This document shows, in pieces, positions 40,299 through 48,723 of a stretch of DNA of 64,000 nucleotides; the first letter of the stretch is position 1; every line of letters begins with the position of its first letter. Below the pieces are notes generated by a model that saw nothing but the letters and a program-made list of their open reading frames with translations, was not told the origin of the DNA and did not search any database. Source of the stretch: an uncultured Gammaproteobacteria bacterium (GTDB lineage: Bacteria > Pseudomonadota > Gammaproteobacteria > CAYNNN01); NCBI GenBank assembly GCA_964398665.1, contig CAYNNN010000003.1, positions 55 through 64,054 of the forward strand, in the 5' to 3' direction. Made by a program: the position numbers and the translations under genes.

Positions 40299-41395
40299 GC
40301 GCACTCCAGGTGTTCCAGCAGGCGTTGGGGCAATTGGTACAGGTCCGCAGTAGCGCCATAATGCCGGGCATTGGCCGCCCAGACTGCCCGCCGATCCTGT
40401 GTCAGTGCTTGCTGTAACAGGGTATTCCAGGCAGCTTGTGCAAATGGCTCGGCCAGTACGGCGCCTGCCTGAGCCTGCGTCACATGGGTGGCATAACCGC
40501 AAGCGGCGGTGGTCAGCACCGGTAGTCCGGCCGCCAGGGCTTCAACCAGTACCAGCCCGGCATTTTCCACCCGTGCCGGATGCACCAGATAATCCGCAGC
40601 CTGCAACAAGGCCGGGACATCATGGCGCGGGCCGTAAAATTGTACCTGCGCGGCCACGCCCAGCCGCTGGGCCTGCCGCTGCCAGGGTCGGGCGGTATCT
40701 GCCCCCACGACCCAAAGCCGGGGCTTGAGCGGGCGCACCGCAATCAGGCTTTCCAGCACCCGGTCCAGCCCCTTGCGGTGAAAATCCGATCCCAGGAACA
40801 GGAGTACCGGCGTGGTTGCTGCCACCTGAGCTTCAGCCCGCAGTTGGGTCCGTTGCTGCAGGGCATCCGGGCCGGGGCGCCGATTGGGGTCTATGCCGGG
40901 TGGCAACAGGTGCAGGCGCTGGGTCGGGGTGTGGTAAGCGTCCCGATAATGCTGGCGCCCGGTTTCGGTCAGCAGGAAAATTTCCGTGCGGGATTCCGGG
41001 GCGAACACGGCCTGCTCAAAGTTCAGCAGTTGGGTCTGGCGTCGGCCCCAGCGCCGCCACCAAGGCCGCCCAGCCCAGCGGACCGCCAGACATTCATCGG
41101 CAGCATAATAGGCATCCAGGTTCGGCAACTTGTTGAAACCCAAAACGCAATCGGCCGGATCTGCTTGCAGGACCTGCTGGAGTTGCTGGCAGAACCTGTA
41201 ATTTTTAGACGTATTATCCCAGCCGGGGCTGGGCAGGATGACCACGGGCAGGGTATCCGGGCGTGGCCCGATCCACTGGCGTGCATACAAGGTGACGGTG
41301 TGGCCACGGGCCTGTGCGGTCTGCGCCACGGCCAGACAGTCCCGTTGCAGGCCGCCATAGGGAAAATAACGATACAGCACTACTGCCAGTTTCAA
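40286..41395 (-). CDS. glycosyltransferase family 4 (WaaG-like LPS core glucosyltransferase)
   Basis: 369 aa, GT-B fold with EX7E-type C-terminal motif (HPARVENAGLVLVEALAAGLPV). Confidence 0.75.
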   Translation of the reverse strand: MKLAVVLYRYFPYGGLQRDCLAVAQTAQARGHTVTLYARQWIGPRPDTLPVVILPSPGWDNTSKNYRFCQQLQQVLQADPADCVLGFNKLPNLDAYYAADECLAVRWAGRPWWRRWGRRQTQLLNFEQAVFAPESRTEIFLLTETGRQHYRDAYHTPTQRLHLLPPGIDPNRRPGPDALQQRTQLRAEAQVAATTPVLLFLGSDFHRKGLDRVLESLIAVRPLKPRLWVVGADTARPWQRQAQRLGVAAQVQFYGPRHDVPALLQAADYLVHPARVENAGLVLVEALAAGLPVLTTAACGYATHVTQAQAGAVLAEPFAQAAWNTLLQQALTQDRRAVWAANARHYGATADLYQLPQRLLEHLECAWPR

Positions 41396-41697
41396 ACCTT
41401 ACCCCGCCGAATCACACGTTGTCCCACTGGGCGCCTGACCGGACGCCTGATGGTTGATGAGCCCTGATGCCCAGCTTAGGGGGCCTGCCGGGCAAGTTCA
41501 AGCGACAACCGTTGCAGGGCACGCTGCCCCGCAGGCGAGGGCCAGCAAGGGGGCAGGGCCGGGCAGTGTCGCCCAAAAATCGCCTGAGGGGGGGCCGACA
41601 TTCCCCCGCAAGCCAGGATTGCCTGAACAGTGAAGTTGCTTTAGAGTCAATCCGTTTGTGAATGGCCTGAATCCTGGCTGTCGTGAGGAATTACCCG

Positions 41698-42645
41698 ATG
41701 AATTTGTTGAACCCCGTGCGTCTGATGATTGGCGGCCTCATGCTGCTGTTGAGCCTGTCGGCGCAGGCTGTTTATCCCCTGAAGGCCGAGCTGGTGCGGG
41801 CCAATGTGTATGCCATTATTTCCCCGCATCTGGAAGCGCCCAATCCACAAAACCGGGGTTGGATGTCCAATGTGGCCTTCGTGGTAGGCAGCGAAGGTGT
41901 GTTGCTGTTTGATACCGGATCTTCGCAAGCAATTGGCCAGGCTATCGTGCAGGCCATTGCAGCGGTGACGGACAAGCCCATCCGCTGGGTGATTAATTCG
42001 CATGAGCATGGCGATCACTGGCTGGGCAATGCGGGGGCTGTTGGGGCCGCCGTGCCGATTTATGCTAGCACCACCGCAGCGGCCAATATGGCCCGTGATG
42101 GGCGCAACTGGGTGAGCCAGTTCAAGGAACTGACTGCCGGGGCGACCGGCGATTCAACCTTGCGACTGCCGACCCAAATCATTTCGACCCGTAACCGCCA
42201 GCATCTGGGCGACATCGAGGTGGAATTCATTCCGGTAGGTCCGGCCCATGCGCCTGGTGATATGGTGGTCTGGCTGCCCCAGACACAGGTCTTGCTGGCG
42301 GCGGATGTGCTGTTCAACAAGCGCCTGCCAGTGACCTTTGACAGTGATATTGGCAATTGGATCAAAATTATCAAGGATATTCTGGAGCCGCTTCAGCCCG
42401 TGGCCGTCGTGCCAGGGCATGGCCCGGTGGGGACGCTGGCCGATTTGCAATTCCAGCGGCGCTATTTTGAAACCGTGTGGCAGCAGGTGACGACCCTGCA
42501 ACAGCAAGGCCAGCAGGATTTTGAGATTGCTGCCCATGTGCGTCGGACGTTGCCGGAATATCGCAGCGCTTACGGTGATTTTGAGGCCCAGATTGGCAAT
42601 TCCGTTTCACATTTCTACCTGCAGGCCGAGCGGGCAGGCTTCTGA
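41698..42645 (+). CDS. periplasmic MBL-fold metallo-hydrolase
   Basis: Signal peptide; HEHGDHWLG (HxHxDH) motif; GAGGAA RBS 7 nt before ATG 41698. Confidence 0.75.
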   Translation: MNLLNPVRLMIGGLMLLLSLSAQAVYPLKAELVRANVYAIISPHLEAPNPQNRGWMSNVAFVVGSEGVLLFDTGSSQAIGQAIVQAIAAVTDKPIRWVINSHEHGDHWLGNAGAVGAAVPIYASTTAAANMARDGRNWVSQFKELTAGATGDSTLRLPTQIISTRNRQHLGDIEVEFIPVGPAHAPGDMVVWLPQTQVLLAADVLFNKRLPVTFDSDIGNWIKIIKDILEPLQPVAVVPGHGPVGTLADLQFQRRYFETVWQQVTTLQQQGQQDFEIAAHVRRTLPEYRSAYGDFEAQIGNSVSHFYLQAERAGF

Positions 42646-42663
42646 GGCGGAGTGTTGGGCAAT

Positions 42664-43881
42664 TTAGCGGCCCTTGAAGCCCAACGCCACCCAGGTCCCG
42701 GACAGCAGCATGGCAGTACCGACCAGCCAGAAGCTCATGTCCAGGGTTTGCGTCCATTGCGCCAGTGTGCCCAGTGCCAACGCGCCTACGGCATAGCCAA
42801 AATCACGCCAGAAGCGATACACCCCCAACAAGGTGCTGCGCTGGGCGGGGGGGCTGATGTCGGCAACTGCCGCGCCCAGCGTGGGATAGAGCATGGCCAT
42901 ACCGAGGCCAATCAGCCCGGCTTCCAGCGTCCACAGCCAGACAGAATGGGTCAGCACCAGTAGCATGACGCCGAGACCACAAAGCCACATCCCTGCGACA
43001 ATCAGCCGCTTGCGCCCCAGGCGGTCAGAAGCCGGGCCGGTTACAAGCTGGCTGGCACCCCAGACCAGCGCATACACCCCAATGATCGCGCTACCCTGAA
43101 CCAGACTGAGTTGTTGGGCCAAAAACCAGACCGGCAGGATGACCCATACCAGGGCATCGGTGAATTTCTCGACCAGCCCCGCCTGATTCAAGGCCAGCAG
43201 GCTACGGTTGTGCCAGCTGGCGGCATAAAACGCCTGCCCCAGGGTCAGGTTTGAGGCCGCTGCGGCTGGCTGATGCGCCAAAGCCCAGGGGCGCGTTTCC
43301 CGGATGAACAGGAACGCCAGCACCAGCCCTGCCAGAATCACACTGCTGCCAAACAGTGCCAGGCCTTGCCGTGCGCCGTAAACTTCGACCAGCCCGGCGG
43401 TGACGATGCCAGCCAGGGCTACGGCCGCGTAGCCGGAAAACTCATTCAGGCCATTGATCAGGCCCTTTTGTTGCAGGTGAGCCATATCCAGTTTGCTATT
43501 CAGGGTCATGGACCAGCACAAACCCTGATTCACCCCCAGCAGGGCTGTGGCCAGCACTACCCATGACCAGCTCGGTGCATACAACAGGAGCCCGGGAATC
43601 GGCAGCGCGGCCAGCCATCCGGCAATTAACACCCGCCTGCGCCCAAAGCGGTCGGCCAGGCGTCCGGCAAACAGATTGACCACGGCCTTGATGGCGCCAA
43701 AGGTCACGACAAACGTGGTCAACAGGAAAAATTGCTGCCCGCCCAAACCAAATTCGGTTTCGGCCAGCCCCGGTACCACCGTGCGGGTCATGCCCAAGGT
43801 CAACCCGACAAGAAATACCTGGAAAAGCTGTTGCAGGATTTGGGCAAAATTGGCGTGCAGACCGTGCTGGGGGGAAGGCAT
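42664..43881 (-). CDS. MFS transporter
   Basis: 12 TM segments, GRLADRFGRRRVL MFS motif A; start at MPSPQHG. Confidence 0.8.
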   Translation of the reverse strand: MPSPQHGLHANFAQILQQLFQVFLVGLTLGMTRTVVPGLAETEFGLGGQQFFLLTTFVVTFGAIKAVVNLFAGRLADRFGRRRVLIAGWLAALPIPGLLLYAPSWSWVVLATALLGVNQGLCWSMTLNSKLDMAHLQQKGLINGLNEFSGYAAVALAGIVTAGLVEVYGARQGLALFGSSVILAGLVLAFLFIRETRPWALAHQPAAAASNLTLGQAFYAASWHNRSLLALNQAGLVEKFTDALVWVILPVWFLAQQLSLVQGSAIIGVYALVWGASQLVTGPASDRLGRKRLIVAGMWLCGLGVMLLVLTHSVWLWTLEAGLIGLGMAMLYPTLGAAVADISPPAQRSTLLGVYRFWRDFGYAVGALALGTLAQWTQTLDMSFWLVGTAMLLSGTWVALGFKGR

Positions 43882-43923
43882 GAGGCATGATTGAGGCAAG
43901 GAAGGAACGCAGCATAGCGAAGT

Positions 43924-43955
43924 ATGAATAATCATTCAAGCGAATGATTGAATAT
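43924..43955. promoter_or_regulatory. imperfect palindrome ATGAATAATCATTC-aagc-GAATGATTGAATAT overlapping a TTGAAT-17-TATACT sigma70-like promoter; candidate ArsR-type operator for the dsrE operon
   Basis: Inverted repeat and -35/-10 hexamers (43948-43953 and 43971-43976) read directly, 32 nt upstream of the dsrE ATG. Confidence 0.5.
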
Positions 43956-44007
43956 TTGCAATGTGGCAGCTATACTGCGATCAGTACCGCAATGCAGTTG
44001 ACTGGCC

Positions 44008-44361
44008 ATGACTATTCTCCTGATCTTGAACGATGCGCCTTATGGGAGTGAAAAGACCTATAATGCCCTGCGGTTGGCCATGGCCTTGCAGAAAGAGCCG
44101 ACCCCGGTTGAGGTGCTGATTTTTCTCATGGCCGATGCGGTCTCTTGCGCAGTGCCCCAGCAGGTGACGCCAGCAGGTTATTACAACCTTGAGCGTATGC
44201 TGCATGCGGTGGTCCAGAAAGGCGGCCAGGTCAGGGCGTGCGGGACATGTCTTGAGGCCCGTGGCCTGAAGGCGCTCGCACTGGTGCCGGGCGTAGAGGT
44301 CAGCAACATGCCACAACTGGCGCAGTGGACCTTGTTGGCGGACAAGGTGCTGACATTCTGA
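44008..44361 (+). CDS. DsrE/DsrF-family sulfur-relay protein
   Basis: 117 aa, MTILLILNDAPYGSEKTYNALRLA... DsrE fold with conserved Cys. Confidence 0.8.
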   Translation: MTILLILNDAPYGSEKTYNALRLAMALQKEPTPVEVLIFLMADAVSCAVPQQVTPAGYYNLERMLHAVVQKGGQVRACGTCLEARGLKALALVPGVEVSNMPQLAQWTLLADKVLTF

Positions 44362-44373
44362 CCTGGTAGCGAC

Positions 44374-45057
44374 ATGGCACCTTCGACGCCCAAACAACAG
44401 CTAAACGCCCAGTTTGCCCTGATTGCCCAGGCACTGGCTTCACCGCAGCGGCTGGAATTGCTGGATTATCTGGCGCAAGCCGAGCGCAGCGTGGAAGATC
44501 TGGCACAGTTGGCCAGCCTCACGCTTGCCAATACCTCCCGCCACTTGCAGGTGCTGCGTCAGGCGATGCTGGTGCAGGTGCGCACAGATGGCAAGCACCG
44601 CCGTTACCGTCTGGCGGGCGATGATGTAGTGCAGCTGCTGGCCAGTCTGCGCCGCAGTGCCGAGTTGCATCTGGCTGAAGTGGATCGTCTGGCACATGTT
44701 TACCTGACCGATAAAACCGCGATGGAAGCCATCAGCGCCGAGGAATTGCTGGCCCGGATCGCCCGTGACGAAGTGCTGCTGCTGGATGTACGTCCCCGGA
44801 CCGAATACGCAGCCGGGCATATCCCCGGTGCGCTGCATCTGCCGCCGGAAGCGGTGGCCGAACGGCTGCATACCCTGGATGACCGCAAAACCATTGTGGC
44901 CTATTGCCGGGGGCCGTACTGCGTTTATGCGATGGCCGCAGTCAGGGCGCTGCGTGCGCAGGGGTTGCCCGCCCTGCGCCTGGAAAACGGTTTCCCGGAG
45001 TGGCGTGCTGCCGGGTTGCCAGTACAAACCTTGAATGAAAACCCACGTACTACTTGA
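44374..45057 (+). CDS. ArsR/SmtB-family transcriptional regulator fused to a rhodanese domain
   Basis: HTH region LASPQRLELLDYLAQAERSVEDLAQLASLTLANTSRHLQVLRQA plus rhodanese CRGPYCVYA with active-site Cys. Confidence 0.8.
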   Translation: MAPSTPKQQLNAQFALIAQALASPQRLELLDYLAQAERSVEDLAQLASLTLANTSRHLQVLRQAMLVQVRTDGKHRRYRLAGDDVVQLLASLRRSAELHLAEVDRLAHVYLTDKTAMEAISAEELLARIARDEVLLLDVRPRTEYAAGHIPGALHLPPEAVAERLHTLDDRKTIVAYCRGPYCVYAMAAVRALRAQGLPALRLENGFPEWRAAGLPVQTLNENPRTT

Positions 45058-45066
45058 GGAGTCATC

Positions 45067-45801
45067 ATGTTTTTTCTGCAACGCGCTGCCCCTTCCGATG
45101 CTTCGTCGCTGGCCTATTTGTTGGGCTGTGGCGGGAAAGGCCATGCCATCGCCGTGGATGTCCACGCGGAAGATGTGGCCTGGTTTCTGGAACAGGCAGC
45201 CCGACAGGCCGTCAAGATTGATTATGTGATTGATACACACATCCATGCCGACCATCTTTCCGGGGGGCGGGAATTGGCCAGGCAGGCAGGTGGCGCGTAT
45301 TGTCTGCATGAAAGTGCCGGTGCGCAGTTTGCATTTACCCCACTCAAGGATGGACAGGTTCTGGAAATTGGCAATGTCACTGCCACCGTGCTGCACACGC
45401 CGGGACATACCGCTGACAGCATCTGTCTGGTGATTGCCGATAACCGCCGGGGGGATGCACCGTGGTTTGTGTTGACGGGGCATACCTTGTTTGTCGGTAG
45501 CGCCGGGCGCCCCGATTTGCGTGGCGAGGAAGCGCGCATGGGCGGATTACTGCATGATTCCCTCTTTAACAAGTTGTTAAACTTGCCGGATCATGTGGAA
45601 ATCTATCCAGGCGCACAAGCCGGGAGTGTCTGTGGGGCCGGCATTTCGGGCAAGCCCTCTTCCACGCTGGCTTTTGAAAAGCGCTTCAATACCGCGTTGT
45701 TAGCCGACAAGACGGCATTCGTGACAGCGATTCTGGCCAAGCTGCCGCCCCAGCCGGCCAACATGGCTGATATTGTCCGGCGCAATATCATGGGCGTATA
45801 G
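45067..45801 (+). CDS. MBL-fold persulfide dioxygenase-like hydrolase (ETHE1/Blh-type)
   Basis: DTHIHADHLSGG, HTPGHTADS motifs of glyoxalase-II/PDO family; 244 aa. Confidence 0.75.
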   Translation: MFFLQRAAPSDASSLAYLLGCGGKGHAIAVDVHAEDVAWFLEQAARQAVKIDYVIDTHIHADHLSGGRELARQAGGAYCLHESAGAQFAFTPLKDGQVLEIGNVTATVLHTPGHTADSICLVIADNRRGDAPWFVLTGHTLFVGSAGRPDLRGEEARMGGLLHDSLFNKLLNLPDHVEIYPGAQAGSVCGAGISGKPSSTLAFEKRFNTALLADKTAFVTAILAKLPPQPANMADIVRRNIMGV

Positions 45802-45811
45802 GTCTGGGGAA

Positions 45812-47863
45812 TCAGGGGGGTATGCCTAGCCGGGGTGCGCCGAAGCAGGCCGTTTCGATGGCATGGATCTGGTCGCGCAGCCGGGCGGCTTCGGTAAATT
45901 CCAGCTTCCGGGCTGCGGCGTACATGGCTTTTTCCAGCTTGCCCAGGGCACGGGCCAGCTTGTCCGCAGGCATGAGCGGATAACGGGCCAACGCCCGTGC
46001 GGCGCGTTGTGCCTCGGCAGCCGGCACGGCGGCCGGGTCGCTGCCTTCACTGACCCAGGTTTCGGCCAGTGGACGGGCTGCGCTGCGCGGGATGATACCG
46101 TGGGCGGCATTATGGGCGGCTTGCAGTGCCCGGCGGCGCCGGGTTTCTGTCTGGGCGTACTGCATGGCCGGTGTTGTCCTGTCGGCATAGAGGATTGCCT
46201 GGCCGTTGATGTGACGGGCAGCCCGGCCTATAGTCTGGATCAAGGCACTTTCCGAGCGCAAAAAGCCTTCCTGATCCGCGTCCAGGATGGCCACCAGGGA
46301 GACTTCCGGCAAATCCAGACCCTCGCGCAGCAGGTTGATACCGACCAGCACGTCAAATTTTCCCAGCCGTAGGTCGCGCAAAATCTCGACCCGCTCCACG
46401 GTGTCAATGTCGGCGTGCAGGTATTGTACCCGCAGTCCCTGAGCCTTGAGATATTGCGTCAGGTTTTCGGCCAGACGTTTGGTCAGCACCGTGACCAGGG
46501 TGCGCTCCTGCCGGGCGATGCGCTGACGGATTTCCTGACCCAGATTTTCAACCTGTCCGGCAGTGGGCCGCACCTCCAGCACCGGGTCGAGCAGACCCGT
46601 GGGGCGCAGGAGCTGCTCCACCCAGCGGCTGCTGTGCTGGCGCTCATAGGGGCCGGGTGTGGCCGAGATGCACAGGGTCTGCGGGGCACGGGCGATGAAT
46701 TCTTCAAATTTCAGGGGCCGATTGTCCAGGGCAGAGGGTAGCCGGAAGCCATAGTCCACCAGATTCTGCTTGCGGGCCTGATCGCCCCGATACATGCCCT
46801 GAATCTGGGGCAGGGTGACATGACTTTCATCCAGGACCAGCAGGCCGTCCGCAGGCAGGTAATCAAACAGGGTGGCCGGCGGCGTGCCGGCCGCCCGGCC
46901 ATCCAGATGCCGGGAGTAATTTTCAATGCCCCGGCAAAAATTGGTCTGGGTGAGCAGCTCCAGGTCATAAGCCGTGCGTTCCTGTAGCCGCTGGGCTTCC
47001 AGCAACTTGCCCGTTTGCTGGAAGAAGGCCAGGCGCTCGGTCAGTTCGGCCCGAATCCCGTCCGTTGCCTTCAGAATCTGTTCCCGGGGCGTAGCAAAAT
47101 GAGTCTTGGGATAGAGCGTGTAGCGGGGCAGGGCACGCAGCCGCTTGCCGGTCAGCGGGTCGAACCGGTGCAAGCTCAGCAGCTCATCCGCTTCCAGTTC
47201 CAGGCGTAGCGCTTCGGCTTCCTCTTCCGCCGGGAAAATGTCAATGTGGGGGCCGCGCACGCGGTACGTGCCCCGGCTCAACTCCAGGTCATTGCGGGTA
47301 TATTGCAGTTGGACCAGTTGCTTGAGCAGATGTTCCCGTACAATGTGCATGCCGCGATTCAGGTGCAGCACCATGCGCAGATACGCTTGGGGGTCGCCCA
47401 GGCCGTAAATGGCCGAGACCGACGCGACAATGATGCAATCCCGACGCTCCAGCAACGCCTTGGTGGCTGAAAGGCGCATTTGCTCGATGTGGTCATTGAT
47501 TGCCGAATCTTTCTCGATATAAGTATCACTGCCGGGCAGATAGGCTTCAGGCTGGTAGTAATCGTAATAAGAAACAAAATATTCCACTGCATTATCCGGA
47601 AAGAAGGCGCGCAGTTCGCCATAGAGCTGGGCCGCCAGGGTCTTGTTGTGTGCCATGACCAGGGCCGGGCGCTGGAGTTGGGCAATGACCTGTGCCAGGG
47701 TATAGGTTTTGCCCGAGCCGGTGACACCAACCAGGGTCAGGAAACTTTCCCCGGCTTGCAGGCCCTGCGTCAGGGCGGCAATTGCTTGAGGCTGGTCACC
47801 GGCCGGGGCATAAGCGGCGTGGAGCCGCAAGGGCTTGCTGTTCTGGCTGTCAGGTGTTTGCAT
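45812..47863 (-). CDS. uvrB: excinuclease ABC subunit B
   Basis: [15 protein letters not shown]..., helicase motifs, C-terminal UVR domain; start at [14 protein letters not shown]. Confidence 0.95.
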   Translation of the reverse strand: MQTPDSQNSKPLRLHAAYAPAGDQPQAIAALTQGLQAGESFLTLVGVTGSGKTYTLAQVIAQLQRPALVMAHNKTLAAQLYGELRAFFPDNAVEYFVSYYDYYQPEAYLPGSDTYIEKDSAINDHIEQMRLSATKALLERRDCIIVASVSAIYGLGDPQAYLRMVLHLNRGMHIVREHLLKQLVQLQYTRNDLELSRGTYRVRGPHIDIFPAEEEAEALRLELEADELLSLHRFDPLTGKRLRALPRYTLYPKTHFATPREQILKATDGIRAELTERLAFFQQTGKLLEAQRLQERTAYDLELLTQTNFCRGIENYSRHLDGRAAGTPPATLFDYLPADGLLVLDESHVTLPQIQGMYRGDQARKQNLVDYGFRLPSALDNRPLKFEEFIARAPQTLCISATPGPYERQHSSRWVEQLLRPTGLLDPVLEVRPTAGQVENLGQEIRQRIARQERTLVTVLTKRLAENLTQYLKAQGLRVQYLHADIDTVERVEILRDLRLGKFDVLVGINLLREGLDLPEVSLVAILDADQEGFLRSESALIQTIGRAARHINGQAILYADRTTPAMQYAQTETRRRRALQAAHNAAHGIIPRSAARPLAETWVSEGSDPAAVPAAEAQRAARALARYPLMPADKLARALGKLEKAMYAAARKLEFTEAARLRDQIHAIETACFGAPRLGIPP

Positions 47864-47947
47864 ATGGGTCGGTTGGGGGCAGCGTGCAGGACGCAGCGCC
47901 TGAAGTAGCAGCAAATGGTTGCCCCCGGCGCCAGGCTGTGGCCTGTC

Positions 47948-48658
47948 TCACAAGGTCAGCAACTGCTCGCGTTCTTCCGGCGAAGGCTCAAACCCGCGTT
48001 GTTCGTAGTGGCTGAAAATGGCTTGTACCACGGCGTCGGGTGCATCCAGTACCTGAATCAGGTTCAGATCAGCCGCATGGATCACGCCTGCCGTGACCAG
48101 GGTCTGCCGGAACCAGTCCAGCAGACCCTGCCAGAATGGGGAACCCACCAGAATGATCGGAATGCGGCGCGTTTTGCCCGTCTGGACCAGGGTGAGGATT
48201 TCGGCCAGTTCATCCAGGGTGCCAAAACCGCCCGGCATCACCACATAGGCCGAGGCATACTTGACAAACATCACCTTGCGCGAGAAAAAATGCCGAAATT
48301 GCAAGGAAACATTCTGATAAGGGTTGTTGGACTGCTCGTGGGGCAACTGCATGTTCAAGCCTACACTGGCTGATTTGCCCGCATGGGCGCCCTTGTTGGC
48401 CGCTTCCATCAAACCCGGCCCCCCACCGCTGATCACCGCAAACCCGGCATCCGACAGTTGGCGGGCCAGTTGCTCGGTCAGTTGATAGTACGGATGTTCG
48501 GGTTTAATCCGGGCCGAACCAAAAATCGTGACTGCTGGGCGGATGCCGGCCAGGCGCTCGAAGCCTTCGACAAACTCCGAAATAATCTGAAAAATCTTCC
48601 AGGATTCCCGGCTGAGTTGCGTTTCGTTGACTACCGGATGCGGCTGAGAGGTCTGCAT
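47948..48658 (-). CDS. LOG-family (TIGR00730) cytokinin riboside 5'-monophosphate phosphoribohydrolase-like protein
   Basis: AVISGGGPGLMEAANKGA and PGGFGTLDEL motifs; 236 aa. Confidence 0.8.
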   Translation of the reverse strand: MQTSQPHPVVNETQLSRESWKIFQIISEFVEGFERLAGIRPAVTIFGSARIKPEHPYYQLTEQLARQLSDAGFAVISGGGPGLMEAANKGAHAGKSASVGLNMQLPHEQSNNPYQNVSLQFRHFFSRKVMFVKYASAYVVMPGGFGTLDELAEILTLVQTGKTRRIPIILVGSPFWQGLLDWFRQTLVTAGVIHAADLNLIQVLDAPDAVVQAIFSHYEQRGFEPSPEEREQLLTL

Positions 48659-48723
48659 GGATTCGCTCCTGTGAGGGCACTCAAGATACCATAGCGCCTT
48701 CTTGTCTGCATGGGCCCTGACGC

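Noticed and set aside
39378-40502. Overlapping ORFs of 327 aa (plus), 234 aa (minus) and 291 aa (minus)
   Set aside because: Only the C-terminal 224 codons of the 291-aa minus frame show the LPS-kinase HGDLKATNILL motif; the others are alternative frames over the same DNA
40580-41467. 295-aa plus-strand ORF
   Set aside because: Antisense to the GT4 glycosyltransferase
41396-41697. 300-bp GC-rich divergent intergenic region with G/C runs, considered as a structured RNA
   Set aside because: No recognisable riboswitch consensus; the embedded 64-aa ORF (41467-41661) is Arg/Gly-rich junk
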